A stretch of DNA of 64,000 bases from Gammaproteobacteria bacterium (GCA_029881035.1 JAOUNI010000001.1:95504-159503); one strand, 5' to 3'. Positions 19,528-31,167 are shown, numbered from the stretch's first letter. Notes: generated by a model not told the origin, from the sequence alone. Program-made: numbers and translations.

Positions 19528-21585
19528 ATGAGTTCAGATAAAAAAACATCAGCCATAGGTAGCCCATCGGTGGTGCTTGGTGTCATCCTGGGTGTGTCAA
19601 TTCTTTTTATGTTAGTTAGTTTGGTTTACGTGGGTTATAAGCGTGCAGACTTGCAGAAACATCTTGGTTTATCAGCAGAGCAACTATTGCTTTCACAGCG
19701 AATGGCTAACTTTGCGATTGCTGCTTCATCCGGTAGTGAAGCCGATTTTGTGGCTTTAACCGAGGGTATGATGAGATTTGATGAAGTTTTACGCACATAT
19801 CGACATGGTGGAATTGAAGCGCCGTCTTTGGCATCTGATTTATCTAAAGGATTGACCGAAGTAGAGGCTAGCTGGGATGCTTACAAGAAAGATATTGGTA
19901 TCATCCTTGGCGGTAAAGAGCCAATTTCTGAAGTGCGTGAACTTTATCAGGTTATTGATAGTTTTATCCCTCAAATGTTGACTTACTCAGATGAGGTGGT
20001 TGGTGCTTTGATGAAAACTAAAGCATCAACACGGCAAATATATCTGGCAAGTCGCCAGATGATGTTGTCTCAGCGTATTAAAAATAATCTAAATAAAGTA
20101 CTTAGTGGTGGTGAGGCTGCGGCAGCAGCAGCAGATCGTTTTGGTCGAGATGCGGCTTTATTTGGTCGCGTACTTGAGGGACTTCTAAAAGGTTCGAAAG
20201 CTTTGGATATAGATAAAGTGACTGATAAGGAAGCGGTTGCAAAATTACGTGAAGTCGCCATGTTAATTAAAGTGGTGAGCGACAATATTGCCGGCATTCT
20301 TGAGTTGTCACCAGAATTGTTTGAAGTTAAGGATGCTGCCAGTGAAATTAGTGGTGATAGCCAGGATTTGTTGGAAAAATTACAGATTTTTGAAAAACAA
20401 ATTGCAGGTCAGGGTAAGTTTCTAGACGTGGTGCAGCTTGTAGGTGTTGGTTTTGGTGGTTTTGCAGTGGTACTGATGGTATTCCTTGGTTGGTTATCGG
20501 TGAAAGAGGCTCGTAAACGTGAGGAGTCAGCGTTAGAGAACAATCGCCGAAATCAACGAGCTATTTTACGATTGCTCGATGAAATGGCGAGTTTAGCTGA
20601 TGGTGATTTAACGGTACATGCTACAGTGACGGAAGAAATCACCGGGGCGATTGCGGATTCGGTGAACTTTACTATTGATGCGTTACGCTCCCTGGTTACA
20701 ACGATTAACTCGACTGCAGTAGAAGTATCTTCTGCTACAGAAAAAACACAGGCCACAGCATCAGAGTTGGCTGAAGCTTCAACACGACAGGCGCGCGAGA
20801 TTGCTTCAGCGAGTGCAGCGATTACTGATATGGCTGAATCTATGGAGCATGTAACAAAGGACGCTCTGGATTCTGCAAATGTAGCGCAGCAGTCTTTGGA
20901 AATTGCACAGAAAGGTGCGGGCGTTGTGCATAGCACCATTAGTAATATGGATAAAATTCGTGAGCAAATTCAGGAGACATCCAAACGTATTAAACGACTG
21001 GGTGAGTCTTCCCAGGAAATTGGCGATATCGTGGGACTGATTACAGAAATTGCGGATCAAACCAATATTCTTGCTTTGAATGCGGCGATTCAGGCTTCGA
21101 CCGCAGGTGATGCCGGTCGTGGCTTTGCGGTGGTAGCGGATGAGGTGCAACGATTAGCAGAGCGCGCAGGTAATGCGACCAAACAGATTGAGGGTCTGGT
21201 AAATACCATTCAGGCGGATACGAATGAGGCGGTTAAATCAATGGAAGTCAGTACCGCAGGTGTGGTTGGTGGTGCTGAGATGGCGGAAGCTGCGGGTGTT
21301 GCACTGAAAGAAATTGAGGATGTATCTGCACAGCTTTCAAAACGAATTCAAATGATTTCTGATGCTACGAAAAAACAGCTGGGTGTGGCGTCGAGTGTAT
21401 CTGACACTATGAATGTTATTCAGGAAATCACACTGCAAACATCAGAAGGGACTGAGGAGACATCGGATTCGTTGGATACGTTGAACGTATTATCAAGTGA
21501 ATTACGACGTTCGGTGTCAGGTTTCAAATTACCAACGGTTGATGATGGCAATGTTGAGACCGTCGTGCTTGAGCGCCAGGCATAA
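19528..21585 (+). CDS. pilJ: Methyl-accepting chemotaxis protein PilJ
   Basis: Two TMs, periplasmic PilJ domains, [43 protein letters not shown]. Confidence 0.95.
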   Translation: MSSDKKTSAIGSPSVVLGVILGVSILFMLVSLVYVGYKRADLQKHLGLSAEQLLLSQRMANFAIAASSGSEADFVALTEGMMRFDEVLRTYRHGGIEAPSLASDLSKGLTEVEASWDAYKKDIGIILGGKEPISEVRELYQVIDSFIPQMLTYSDEVVGALMKTKASTRQIYLASRQMMLSQRIKNNLNKVLSGGEAAAAAADRFGRDAALFGRVLEGLLKGSKALDIDKVTDKEAVAKLREVAMLIKVVSDNIAGILELSPELFEVKDAASEISGDSQDLLEKLQIFEKQIAGQGKFLDVVQLVGVGFGGFAVVLMVFLGWLSVKEARKREESALENNRRNQRAILRLLDEMASLADGDLTVHATVTEEITGAIADSVNFTIDALRSLVTTINSTAVEVSSATEKTQATASELAEASTRQAREIASASAAITDMAESMEHVTKDALDSANVAQQSLEIAQKGAGVVHSTISNMDKIREQIQETSKRIKRLGESSQEIGDIVGLITEIADQTNILALNAAIQASTAGDAGRGFAVVADEVQRLAERAGNATKQIEGLVNTIQADTNEAVKSMEVSTAGVVGGAEMAEAAGVALKEIEDVSAQLSKRIQMISDATKKQLGVASSVSDTMNVIQEITLQTSEGTEETSDSLDTLNVLSSELRRSVSGFKLPTVDDGNVETVVLERQA

Positions 21586-21645
21586 AATAATTGCGCTGTT
21601 ACGTGATAGTGCAAATACTGATATGCGTAGGATGGTGAGTTGATA

Positions 21646-24600
21646 ATGAGACCTGAAGGCACAGTACAATACAACTCTTTGAGCTGGGTAAAAAAACAGT
21701 TAGACGCTGTTTTGCATGATGCCCAGACATCACTGTCTGATTATATTGAAGATAATGAAAATCGTGCTGCACTGGAGCGATGCATCGAACATTTGCGTTT
21801 GGTATACGGTACCCTGCAAATGGTTGAAGTCTATGGCGCGGCTATGTTAGCTGAGGAAATGGAGTTAACAGCAAGAGCACAGCTTGAAGGTCTTATTGAA
21901 AAACCAGAAGATGTCTATGATGTTTTGATGAGAGCCATGCTGCAGCTGCCGGATTATCTTGAAGGTCTGCAAGCGGGTAATCAGGATGCGCCAATCACGC
22001 TTATGCCGCTAATGAATGATATGCGTGCAGCGCGTAAAGTAAAGTTATTATCTGAGAGCGTTCTTTTTCTGCCGGATATTAATGCTGTTGGTATTGAAGA
22101 ACTTAGTCTTGATTCTTCAGCTATAGAGCCGGGACGACTTGCCGACGAAGCTAAACGTTTACGTACACATTATCAATTAGGGCTACTCGATTTATTACGA
22201 AATAATAAACATGCCGCAGGTTTGAAGCGCATGAGAGCAGTGATTGATTCACTGCAAAAAGTAACCGCTGACGCAGCTGTTAAGCGTTTCTGGATGGTTG
22301 TTTCAGCATTATTGGAAGCAGTCTCTGATGATGCATTGCTAGAAAGCAATATTACTGTAAAAGGCTTGTTTGGTAGTATTGACCGACAAATTAAATTACT
22401 GATTGATTTGGGTGAAGATAAATTTATCAATCAATTTTCTCAGGAACTTCTTAAAAATATTCTTTATTATGTAGGCACTAGCAAATCAACTGGGTCACGT
22501 GTTAGTAAAGTTAAGCATGCTTATAAGCTGGACGAGTTACTTGCAGACAAATCATCAGCAACAGACTTGACTGCCAGTATGGGCGGTATTAATGCTGAGT
22601 TGTTTGATACGGTTTCACAGGGTATTAGGGAAGATCTTGCAACAGTAAAAGATACGCTTGAAATCTTTATGCAAAGTAATGATAAAGACGTCGGGCAGTT
22701 GTCCTCGATTGTTCAGCAGATAGAAAAAATCGGCGACACTTATGGCATGTTAGGTTTTGGTGCAATAAGACAAAAAGTACTGAGTCAACGTGATGAAATG
22801 GAAAAAATCATCAATGGTGAGTCAGAAGCAACTGAGCAAAAGGTCATGGATATAGCTAGCACGTTGCTGGAGGCTGAAGCCACGCTTGATGACTATATTG
22901 CGGGTAAATCAGGTTTTGTTGATGATAAGGATGATTCAGCTCGTATGGTCCCAAGCTCCGAGTATCGGAAGGTGTTGGCGGCAGTAGTCGAGGAAGGCCA
23001 GAAAAACTTTTCTGAAGCGAAAGAAGCTATTCTTGTATATGCAGCTGGTAATAGTGATATCGGTCAGCTAGAAACAGTTATGCAGCGCCTGGAAGAGGTT
23101 CGTGGTGCTTGCATGATGTTATCAGCAGAGCCAGTTGAGAAATTAATTTCTGGTTTGAAAGAATATGTGCATGTCGCCCTGCAGATTCATCATCGACAGC
23201 CAGAGGTGAATGAGCAAGACGCACTTGCCGATGTTGTAACATCCATAGAATATTACTTTGAAGCATTGTCGGAAGGAAGGCCAGGTGTAGATCAGGGCTT
23301 ACAAGCCGGTGCGCGTGCATTGAGTGATTTGATAGCGGTTGTAAAACAGTATGGAGATGTGCAGCCATCAGTTACTGATAATATTGAGTCAGAAACAGTA
23401 GCAGCCGATAACACCAAAATTAAAGATAAATTGGTAATGGCAGATCATGCTGAGACGGAGGAAACGGAGGCGTCTGAATCTAAAGCTGAGTCTGTCGTAA
23501 CACCAGCTGTTAGCGTTGCGAGTGCGGCAATACCAGTTCAGCATGAGGAATATGAAATTCTGAGTGATGACGCTGATGAAGAGATTGTTGAAATTTTTAT
23601 TGAAGAGGCGGTTGAAGTCCTTGGTTCATTGCATGAATACATGCCCAAGTGGAAAAATGATATTAATGATGAAGAATCATTAACAGTAGTACGCAGGAAT
23701 TTCCATACATTAAAGGGAAGTGGTCGTTTAATTGGTGCTGCACTGATTGGAGAATTTTCCTGGAAAATTGAGAGTTTACTTAATCGAGTAATAGATAAAA
23801 AAATTGAAGTTTCCGATGAGTTGTTATCGCTTATGGACGAGGTGCTAGCTGTTCTGCCGCAGTTAATAGAACAGCTTCGAGGTAATCGTGAACCAATTCC
23901 AAATATATATCAGTTAATGGCGTATGCAGGCGCATTGGCTGAAGGCCGTGCACATGATTCGACAGTAGTTGATGAAGAAGTCAGTACCAAAGTTGAGGAA
24001 GTTGCTGAGCTAGAGTCTGCAGCAACTGAATCCGAGATCGATTTAACTTTGAATGAAGTAATGGAAGTGGGAGGGGATCTTTCTGACGAAGATGAGATGC
24101 TGTTAGACGCGTTAAATGAAGTAGAAGATGAAGTAACACTCGAAGCGCCTACTGAAACTGATGAAGTCTTGCTCGATGTAATGGACCACGATTTCGGTGA
24201 AGAAGAAATACTGTTCGATACGACAAATGAAGTAGAAGATGAAATAACTCTCGAAGCGCCTACTGAGACCGATGAAGTCTTGCTCAATGTGACGGATCAA
24301 GATTCTGATGAAGAGACGATGTTATTCGATGTAAGTGACGATTTATCGGAAACAGTTGAGATTACAGATATAGACAAAGAAGTACCGGTTGATGAATTTG
24401 AGACAATTGACCTTACCGTTGAAGAGAGTAAAGCTGATAACGATACGATTGAGGCAGTGGATGTTGATGGTCTTGATAGTTTTGAAACATCAATGGAAGA
24501 TTTATCTTTAGATGAAGCTGAAAATGACTTTGTTATAGAAATTGATGAGTCAGATGAGCTGGATGAAGTTGAGGAAGTTTCTGGTTTACAAATGGATCCG

Positions 24601-27549
24601 ATGTTATTTCAGATCTATTACGATGAAAGTTGTGGTCATCTGCAAGTTGTTACTGATGCGCTTGCAAAGCATGAGTCAGGCACACAAAAGCTAGAAGCTA
24701 ATAAGGATTTAATTAGAGCGTTACACACCTTGTTTGGAAGTGCTCGTACTGCAGAAATCGAAGCCATTGCTGAAATCTGCGGAGCGATTGAGAAATATGT
24801 AGTGGCTCGCGAAGACGCAGAAGAAGCATTAATCCCTGACAATGTAGTCAGGATTATTGCTGAGGTGATGAATAATGTTGAGGCGATGCTTGAAAAGTTG
24901 AAAGCAGGCAGCATGCCTGAGCCAAATAAGGCGTTACTAGATAAAATTAATAAAGCCGTACAGGATGAGTTGCAGCGTCAATTGCAGCAATCTTCATCAG
25001 CACATGAAGTGATTGCGCAGGACGCAACGCAGGAGGCGGCCTCTGCTGAAGAGAAGAAAGGCTCGGCAGAAAATCAAGGAACATTGTATACCTATGGGGA
25101 TGTCGATGATGATCTGATTGATATTTTTCTGGAAGAGGCTGAGGAGTTACTGGAGGACTGCGAAAGCACACTGAGTAAGCTTCGTGAAAATGAAGATGAT
25201 GCGGCAAGTATCAATGAGCTGCAACGCCATATGCATACGCTGAAAGGTGGTGCGCGTATGGCTACTTTGACACCTGTGGGCGATTTGACTCATGTTCTTG
25301 AGTCAATGGTTATTTCTCTGTCAGAAAATAAAATTGAAGCAGGCAAAGAGTTTTTTGATGTTCTACATGAGTCTCTGGATACGCTAAATACTATGCTTGG
25401 AAGTGTTAAACAGCGGCAAGCAATAAAATCAGCTGATGGTCTAGTTAAAAGAATTGAAGCAATAATACGTGGTGAAACAATCGAACAGCCTGCAATTGAT
25501 CAGCGTGTTGTCGAGCGTTTTGATGTCGAGGTTGATGAGCTCCATGATACAGATATTGAGGAGCATTTGCCAGATGAGATTGTAAGTCTTGATATCCAGC
25601 AACAAATGCCAGAGATGGTTAGTGCTATATCAACCGAGCGTGTTGAAGACCCGCATCGTAGAAAATCTGATGAAATTGAGAAAAAGCCACACTGGGGTGA
25701 GCGTGCGACTGATGTTAATTTCAAAGACTCTCAGGAGCAGGTGCGTGTACGTGCAGATTTACTCAATAATCTGGTGAATTATGCTGGTGAAGTAAATATT
25801 CATCATGCACGTATGGGTAAGCAGATTACAGATATTGGTTTTAACCTTAAAGAATTGAATCAAACAGTTATCAGGTTGAAGGAGCAACTACGTAAACTTG
25901 AAATTGAAACCGAGATTCAAATTCGTTCGAATTATGAAAAAGAATCGGACGACTATGATGAAAACTTTGATCCACTAGAAATGGATCGCTATTCAACATT
26001 GCAACAGCTTGCTCGAAGTTTGTCAGAAACTGCGAGCGACGTGGATAGTATTAAAGACATTCTTTCCGATATTGTCGGTGATTCCGAGACTCTATTATTA
26101 CAGGAGTCACGAATCAGCACCGACTTGCAGGAAGGTTTGATGCGCACGCGCATGGTTCGATTCGGTGGCATGTCTACACGTTTACGCCGCATTGTGCGTC
26201 AAACAACCAGAGAACTAGGTAAGGAAGTAGAGGTAGAAATAGTTGGTGAAGAACAGGAAGTTGATCGTACGATCCTTGATCGTGTGGTTGCGCCTCTAGA
26301 ACATATGTTACGTAATGCAGTAGCACATGGTATTGAATTACCAAAAGACAGGTTGGCAGCTGGCAAGCCTGAGGTGGGCAATATAAAAATTACCGTTGGT
26401 CGTCAGGGCACTGACGTTATTGTTAAAGTTGAAGATGATGGTGCAGGCATAAATGCTGATGCAATTCGGAGAAAAGCGATCAAGCAAGGTCTGCTTGAAG
26501 AAGAGAGTGTACTGACTGATCGTGACGTATTACAGTTCATTTTAAAGAGTGGTTTTAGTACGGCAGAGGAAGTAACACAAGTAGCAGGACGTGGCGTTGG
26601 CATGGATGTTGTGGATAGTGAAATCAAGCAACTCGGTGGTGTGCTTGAAATAGATACGACTCGTGGTAAAGGAACTAGTTTTAAAGTCAGATTGCCGTTA
26701 ACACTGGCGATAAATCAGGCTCTACTGGTTGATGCAGGAGATAATATTTATGCTGTTCCATTGGCCAGTATTGAAGGTGTTGTTCGTATCACAGGCACTG
26801 AGCTACAAGGATTCTATGATAGTGGTGAATTAGAGTATGAGTTTAATAACATTAATTATGAATTGAAGCATTTGGCTTTTTTGCTTACAGGTCAGCAGCC
26901 TAATTATGCTGATCAAGGGCAATTGTTTCCAGTCTTGCTTGTGCATGTAGGAGACCAGTATTTTGCTTTACACGTTGATGACCTACTGGGTCGGCGTGAG
27001 ATTGTGATTAAACCTGTTGGCGCACAGATCAGCACGGTACGTGGTATTGCGGGTGCAACAATTTTGGCAGATGGCCGTGTCGTACTAATTCTTGAAATGT
27101 CAGCACTGGTTGTTGGCGAAAGCCTGTTTAAAGAGGTTGTTACTGAAGAACCGGTTGCTGAGGTTGTGGAAGAAACCGAACCGACTATTATGGTGGTGGA
27201 TGATTCTATTACTATCCGTAAGGTTACTGCTAGAATATTGGAACGCCATGGTATGAAAGTAATACTGGCTACCGATGGTGTTGATGCGACCAGTAAGTTA
27301 CAGGAAGATATTCCTGACCTGATGTTGCTGGATATTGAGATGCCGAAAATGGATGGTTTTGAATTGGCAACCTATATGCGTAACGAAGAACGGTTGAAAG
27401 AAATACCGATTATTATGATTACATCACGTACAGGTACCAAACATAAAGAGCGGGCCAAGGAGATTGGTGTCGAACAGTATTTAGGTAAGCCATTCCAGGA
27501 AGAAGAGCTTATGAAGAACATTAAAGTATTATTAGAGTTGGCACGATAG
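21646..27549 (+). CDS. chpA: CheA-like hybrid kinase ChpA (multiple Hpt, HATPase, CheW, REC domains)
   Basis: Hpt motifs FHTLKGS, LHTLFGS, MHTLKGG; FDPLEMDRY; EHMLRNAVAHG; GRGVGMDVV; C-terminal REC (DIEMPKMDG). ATG at 21646 follows GGTGAG; the ORF track starts at TTG 21640. Confidence 0.95.
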   Translation: MRPEGTVQYNSLSWVKKQLDAVLHDAQTSLSDYIEDNENRAALERCIEHLRLVYGTLQMVEVYGAAMLAEEMELTARAQLEGLIEKPEDVYDVLMRAMLQLPDYLEGLQAGNQDAPITLMPLMNDMRAARKVKLLSESVLFLPDINAVGIEELSLDSSAIEPGRLADEAKRLRTHYQLGLLDLLRNNKHAAGLKRMRAVIDSLQKVTADAAVKRFWMVVSALLEAVSDDALLESNITVKGLFGSIDRQIKLLIDLGEDKFINQFSQELLKNILYYVGTSKSTGSRVSKVKHAYKLDELLADKSSATDLTASMGGINAELFDTVSQGIREDLATVKDTLEIFMQSNDKDVGQLSSIVQQIEKIGDTYGMLGFGAIRQKVLSQRDEMEKIINGESEATEQKVMDIASTLLEAEATLDDYIAGKSGFVDDKDDSARMVPSSEYRKVLAAVVEEGQKNFSEAKEAILVYAAGNSDIGQLETVMQRLEEVRGACMMLSAEPVEKLISGLKEYVHVALQIHHRQPEVNEQDALADVVTSIEYYFEALSEGRPGVDQGLQAGARALSDLIAVVKQYGDVQPSVTDNIESETVAADNTKIKDKLVMADHAETEETEASESKAESVVTPAVSVASAAIPVQHEEYEILSDDADEEIVEIFIEEAVEVLGSLHEYMPKWKNDINDEESLTVVRRNFHTLKGSGRLIGAALIGEFSWKIESLLNRVIDKKIEVSDELLSLMDEVLAVLPQLIEQLRGNREPIPNIYQLMAYAGALAEGRAHDSTVVDEEVSTKVEEVAELESAATESEIDLTLNEVMEVGGDLSDEDEMLLDALNEVEDEVTLEAPTETDEVLLDVMDHDFGEEEILFDTTNEVEDEITLEAPTETDEVLLNVTDQDSDEETMLFDVSDDLSETVEITDIDKEVPVDEFETIDLTVEESKADNDTIEAVDVDGLDSFETSMEDLSLDEAENDFVIEIDESDELDEVEEVSGLQMDPMLFQIYYDESCGHLQVVTDALAKHESGTQKLEANKDLIRALHTLFGSARTAEIEAIAEICGAIEKYVVAREDAEEALIPDNVVRIIAEVMNNVEAMLEKLKAGSMPEPNKALLDKINKAVQDELQRQLQQSSSAHEVIAQDATQEAASAEEKKGSAENQGTLYTYGDVDDDLIDIFLEEAEELLEDCESTLSKLRENEDDAASINELQRHMHTLKGGARMATLTPVGDLTHVLESMVISLSENKIEAGKEFFDVLHESLDTLNTMLGSVKQRQAIKSADGLVKRIEAIIRGETIEQPAIDQRVVERFDVEVDELHDTDIEEHLPDEIVSLDIQQQMPEMVSAISTERVEDPHRRKSDEIEKKPHWGERATDVNFKDSQEQVRVRADLLNNLVNYAGEVNIHHARMGKQITDIGFNLKELNQTVIRLKEQLRKLEIETEIQIRSNYEKESDDYDENFDPLEMDRYSTLQQLARSLSETASDVDSIKDILSDIVGDSETLLLQESRISTDLQEGLMRTRMVRFGGMSTRLRRIVRQTTRELGKEVEVEIVGEEQEVDRTILDRVVAPLEHMLRNAVAHGIELPKDRLAAGKPEVGNIKITVGRQGTDVIVKVEDDGAGINADAIRRKAIKQGLLEEESVLTDRDVLQFILKSGFSTAEEVTQVAGRGVGMDVVDSEIKQLGGVLEIDTTRGKGTSFKVRLPLTLAINQALLVDAGDNIYAVPLASIEGVVRITGTELQGFYDSGELEYEFNNINYELKHLAFLLTGQQPNYADQGQLFPVLLVHVGDQYFALHVDDLLGRREIVIKPVGAQISTVRGIAGATILADGRVVLILEMSALVVGESLFKEVVTEEPVAEVVEETEPTIMVVDDSITIRKVTARILERHGMKVILATDGVDATSKLQEDIPDLMLLDIEMPKMDGFELATYMRNEERLKEIPIIMITSRTGTKHKERAKEIGVEQYLGKPFQEEELMKNIKVLLELAR
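24115..24328 (+). repeat. In-frame 111-bp (37-aa) tandem duplication in the ChpA acidic linker
   Basis: aatgaagtagaagatgaa(g/a)taac(a/t)ctcgaagcgcctactga(a/g)ac... begins at 24115 and again at 24226; protein NEVEDE(V/I)TLEAPTETDEVLL occurs twice. Confidence 0.9.
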
Positions 27550-27550
27550 G

Positions 27551-28027
27551 ATGGCGCATAATATACAAGTTATAAAATGCATGATTCTGACATTGCGCAG
27601 TGAAAATGTGATTTTGCCTGCAGCTTCCGTAGCAGAGATGGTATCAGCGCAAGGCGCAAAGAAAGTTCCAAATATGCCATATTGGTACGTTGGCAAGATG
27701 AGGTGGCATGGGGTTGATGTGCCATTGGTTTCATTTGAGGCGGCAGGTGGCGGTGAGGCAAAAACAGTTAACCAGAATACTCAAATTGCTATGATTTATA
27801 CAGCAAGTTCTGATGAAACGCGGTATCCATATATTGGGCTAGTTATATCAGGTGTGCCGCATGTAACTCAATTCAGTAGAAATCAGATTGTCACTGATCC
27901 AGATTCATTGCTAGAAATACATGATCATCCAATGGTGGCGCAGAAAACACGTATTAATGGTGCTGCTGTTAGTATTCTGAATATTGATAGCATCGAAGCT
28001 ATGATCAAGGATGCAGAGGCTACGTGA
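27551..28027 (+). CDS. chpC: CheW-like protein ChpC
   Basis: VILPAASVAEMV, WYVGKMRWHGVDVPLVSFE; directly after chpA. Confidence 0.82.
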   Translation: MAHNIQVIKCMILTLRSENVILPAASVAEMVSAQGAKKVPNMPYWYVGKMRWHGVDVPLVSFEAAGGGEAKTVNQNTQIAMIYTASSDETRYPYIGLVISGVPHVTQFSRNQIVTDPDSLLEIHDHPMVAQKTRINGAAVSILNIDSIEAMIKDAEAT

Positions 28028-28049
28028 TAGATTTAAGCGAAGTTTCAAG

Positions 28050-28775
28050 CTAGCCTAAATCACCCCATAAAGCTTGAATAACTGCGATACACGCGGGACC
28101 GGCTGTTTCAGTTCGGAGTATTCTTGGGCCTAATGATATCGAAGTAAAACCATTGTCAGTGGCCTGTTGTATCTCATCCAGAGTAAAGCCTCCTTCAGGG
28201 CCAATTAAAATACAAATATTTTTTTCAGGATTTTTAATAGTGCTGATACTGTTAGTCGCACCTGGTGCAAGAATTAATTTATGATTATTTCCGATGGTTT
28301 GTATTCCTTGCATAAAATCAATGGCAGGTTGGATGACAGGAACTATGCATCGTCCAGATTGTTCACAAGCACTGATGGCAATTTGTTGCCAATGATTTAA
28401 TTTTTTTTCAGCACGTTCGCCTTTGAGATTGGTGCCTGTTCGTTGGCAAAGCAGGGGGGTTACGTTACATACACCGAGTTCAATGGATTTTTGTATACAG
28501 GTATCCATTCTGTCGCTGCGCGAAATACCTTGTAGTAGGGTAATATTTAAAGATGATTCGTTGTCGATTTTTATTTTCTGTTTTATTCTTACCTGGCAAT
28601 GTTTAGGACTTTCATCAAGAATTTCACCAGGATATTCATGGCCATCACCATTAAATAGAGTAACTTCCGAGCCCTTTCTGGCGCGTAATACACGAATTAA
28701 ATGGTGTGATGCAATTTTATCAAGAATGATAACTTGATCTAAATTAAGTAAGGAAGAATGATAGATTCGAGTCAT
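28050..28775 (-). CDS. rsmE: 16S rRNA m3U1498 methyltransferase
   Basis: HHLIRVLR, QKSIELG, ACEQSGR, IGPEGGF, LGPRILRTETA. Confidence 0.96.
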   Translation of the reverse strand: MTRIYHSSLLNLDQVIILDKIASHHLIRVLRARKGSEVTLFNGDGHEYPGEILDESPKHCQVRIKQKIKIDNESSLNITLLQGISRSDRMDTCIQKSIELGVCNVTPLLCQRTGTNLKGERAEKKLNHWQQIAISACEQSGRCIVPVIQPAIDFMQGIQTIGNNHKLILAPGATNSISTIKNPEKNICILIGPEGGFTLDEIQQATDNGFTSISLGPRILRTETAGPACIAVIQALWGDLG

Positions 28776-28810
28776 GGTCTCGATTATCTATTGTGGTAAG
28801 TCATTATTGA

Positions 28811-29656
28811 TTAAAGTCTATTCCAGATATTTAGGATTGCATCGGCTTGATTTAGTGTATAAAAATGTAGCCCTGGCGCACCAGATTCCAGTAACTGATG
28901 ACATAGCTGTGTAACAACATCGGCACCAAAATCACGTAGGCTTACCGGATCATTTTCGTAAGCAGCTAGCTGTAACCTAATCCAACGTGGAATTTCAGCG
29001 CCGCAGTTATCTGAAAAACGTATCAGGTTAGCGTAATTGGTAATGGGCATAATGCCAGGAACGATTGGAATATTTAGATGAGCCTGTTCACATTTTTCAA
29101 TGAAGTGAGTGTACGCATCAACATTGTAAAAGTATTGGGTGATTGCTGAATCAGCACCCGCATGTGCTTTGTTCATAAAATATTTGAAATCATCATCTGG
29201 AGATGATGATTCAGGATGGTATTCAGGATAGGCTGCAATCTCGATATGAAAGTGGTTACCGGTTTTTTCACGGATAAAGGTAACTAATTCGTTGGCATGC
29301 GTTAGCTCATTATCAGGTTCCCCTTCATCGGGAATGTCACCTCTTAATGTCACCAGTCGATTAATGCCGAGTTTGATGTATTCATCAAGCAAATCAGCAA
29401 TTTGCTGTTTAGTAGAACCCATGCAGGAAATGTGTGGAGCAATAATTTGTGAGCTATCAGAATGCAGTTGTTTGACTGTTTCCATGGTGCGATCGCGGGT
29501 GGTGCCGCCAGCGCCAAAGGTTACGGAAAAAAAAGCAGGGTTGATAATGTCATTCAATTGTCGATGTGTCGCAATTAGCTTATCCATTCCAGCATCGGTG
29601 CGGGGTGGAAAAAACTCACAACTGAAAATAGGCTTATTACGGTGTTTAATACTCAT
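28811..29656 (-). CDS. metF: 5,10-methylenetetrahydrofolate reductase
   Basis: SCEFFPP, SVTFGAGG, LRGD, AYPEYHP, ITQYF, PGIMPI, HFYTLN. Confidence 0.96.
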   Translation of the reverse strand: MSIKHRNKPIFSCEFFPPRTDAGMDKLIATHRQLNDIINPAFFSVTFGAGGTTRDRTMETVKQLHSDSSQIIAPHISCMGSTKQQIADLLDEYIKLGINRLVTLRGDIPDEGEPDNELTHANELVTFIREKTGNHFHIEIAAYPEYHPESSSPDDDFKYFMNKAHAGADSAITQYFYNVDAYTHFIEKCEQAHLNIPIVPGIMPITNYANLIRFSDNCGAEIPRWIRLQLAAYENDPVSLRDFGADVVTQLCHQLLESGAPGLHFYTLNQADAILNIWNRL

Positions 29657-29742
29657 AGTGTTGTATTGCTTGAGTGTATAGATTCGATAATTGGTGACAC
29701 TGCATAAATATGAGTTTGCAGTATCACCTATATCAAAGAAAC

Positions 29743-31167
29743 TTAGTAACGATAGTGTTCAGGTTTGTATGGGCCTTCGACAGGTACATTGATGTAATCA
29801 GCCTGTTTTTGTGACAGTGGAGTCAGGTATGCGCCAATTTTGCCAAGGTGAAGTCGTGCAACTTTTTCATCCAGCTTTTTGGGTAATATATAAACCTGAT
29901 TTTCATATTGATCACCGTTTGTGTAGAACTCCATTTGCGCCATTACCTGATTGGTAAAGGAGGCGGACATAACAAAGCTGGGGTGGCCGGTGGCGCAGCC
30001 GAGATTAACCAGTCGGCCTTTGGCTAGAATGATAATGCGTTTACCGTCTGGGAAAATAACATGATCAACTTGTGGTTTAATTTCGTCCCACTCATATTTT
30101 TCCAGTGAAGCAATGTTGATTTCAGAATCGAAGTGACCAATATTACAAACGATAGCTTCATTTTTCATTGCCACCATATGGTCGTGGTCGATAACATTCA
30201 CATTACCTGTAGTGGTAACAAAAATATCGCCCTGGCTTGAAGCTACATTCATGTCAACCACGCGGTAACCTTCCATTGCAGCCTGAAGTGCACAAATAGG
30301 ATCAATTTCAGTGACCATAACGGTCGCACCCATACCGCGGAATGCCTGTGCACAACCTTTACCAACATCACCATAACCCAGGACAACGCAGATTTTGCCA
30401 GCAATCATAACGTCAGTAGCGCGTTTGATACTGTCGATAAGTGATTCACGGCAACCGTACAAATTGTCAAATTTTGATTTAGTAGCTGAGTCGTTGACGT
30501 TCATTGCAGGGAACAGTAGTTGGCCTGCTTCCATCATTTGGTACAAACGATGCACACCTGTGGTGGTTTCTTCTGTAACACCTTTTATATTTGCGGCCAT
30601 TTTAGACCACATTTTGCTGTTGCCAGTGATAGTGCGTTTTAGTACGTCAAGAATAGCTTTCCATTCTTCGTTGTCGTCGGCTTTTGCTGCGGGTACAACG
30701 CCACCGGCATTTTCGTATTCAGTGCCTTTGTGTATCAATAAGGTGGCATCTCCACCATCATCGAGAATCATATTGGCTGTGCCACCATCAGGCCAGGTCA
30801 GAGCTTTTTCAGTACACCACCAGTATTCCTCAATAGTTTCACCTTTCCAGGCATAGACTGGGATACCCTGATCGGCAATAGCGGCTGCAGCTTGATCCTG
30901 TGTGGAAAAAATATTGCATGAAGCCCAGCGGACTTGTGCGCCCAGAGCAATCAGTGTTTCAATTAAGACGGCAGTCTGGATGGTCATGTGCAGGCTACCG
31001 GTTATACGTGCACCCTTAAGTGGTTGTACAGCACCGAATTCTTCACGCAGAGCCATCAGGCCAGGCATCTCGGTTTCGGCAATGCGAATTTCTTTGTGTC
31101 CCCATTCAGCAAGGGAAAGATCGGCAACTTTAAAGTCGGTGAAATTTTTATTAGTAACGGCGCTCAT
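29743..31167 (-). CDS. ahcY: Adenosylhomocysteinase
   Basis: [59 protein letters not shown]. Confidence 0.98.
   Translation of the reverse strand: MSAVTNKNFTDFKVADLSLAEWGHKEIRIAETEMPGLMALREEFGAVQPLKGARITGSLHMTIQTAVLIETLIALGAQVRWASCNIFSTQDQAAAAIADQGIPVYAWKGETIEEYWWCTEKALTWPDGGTANMILDDGGDATLLIHKGTEYENAGGVVPAAKADDNEEWKAILDVLKRTITGNSKMWSKMAANIKGVTEETTTGVHRLYQMMEAGQLLFPAMNVNDSATKSKFDNLYGCRESLIDSIKRATDVMIAGKICVVLGYGDVGKGCAQAFRGMGATVMVTEIDPICALQAAMEGYRVVDMNVASSQGDIFVTTTGNVNVIDHDHMVAMKNEAIVCNIGHFDSEINIASLEKYEWDEIKPQVDHVIFPDGKRIIILAKGRLVNLGCATGHPSFVMSASFTNQVMAQMEFYTNGDQYENQVYILPKKLDEKVARLHLGKIGAYLTPLSQKQADYINVPVEGPYKPEHYRY

Noticed and set aside
24115-24328. ChpA repeat as a CRISPR-like array
   Set aside because: Only two copies, in frame within a coding region, with no cas genes.
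29693-29728. Imperfect hairpin between ahcY and metF as a third riboswitch
   Set aside because: A simple stem (ggtga-c-actgca / tgcagt-a-tcacc) with no aptamer motif; at most a weak terminator or stabiliser.
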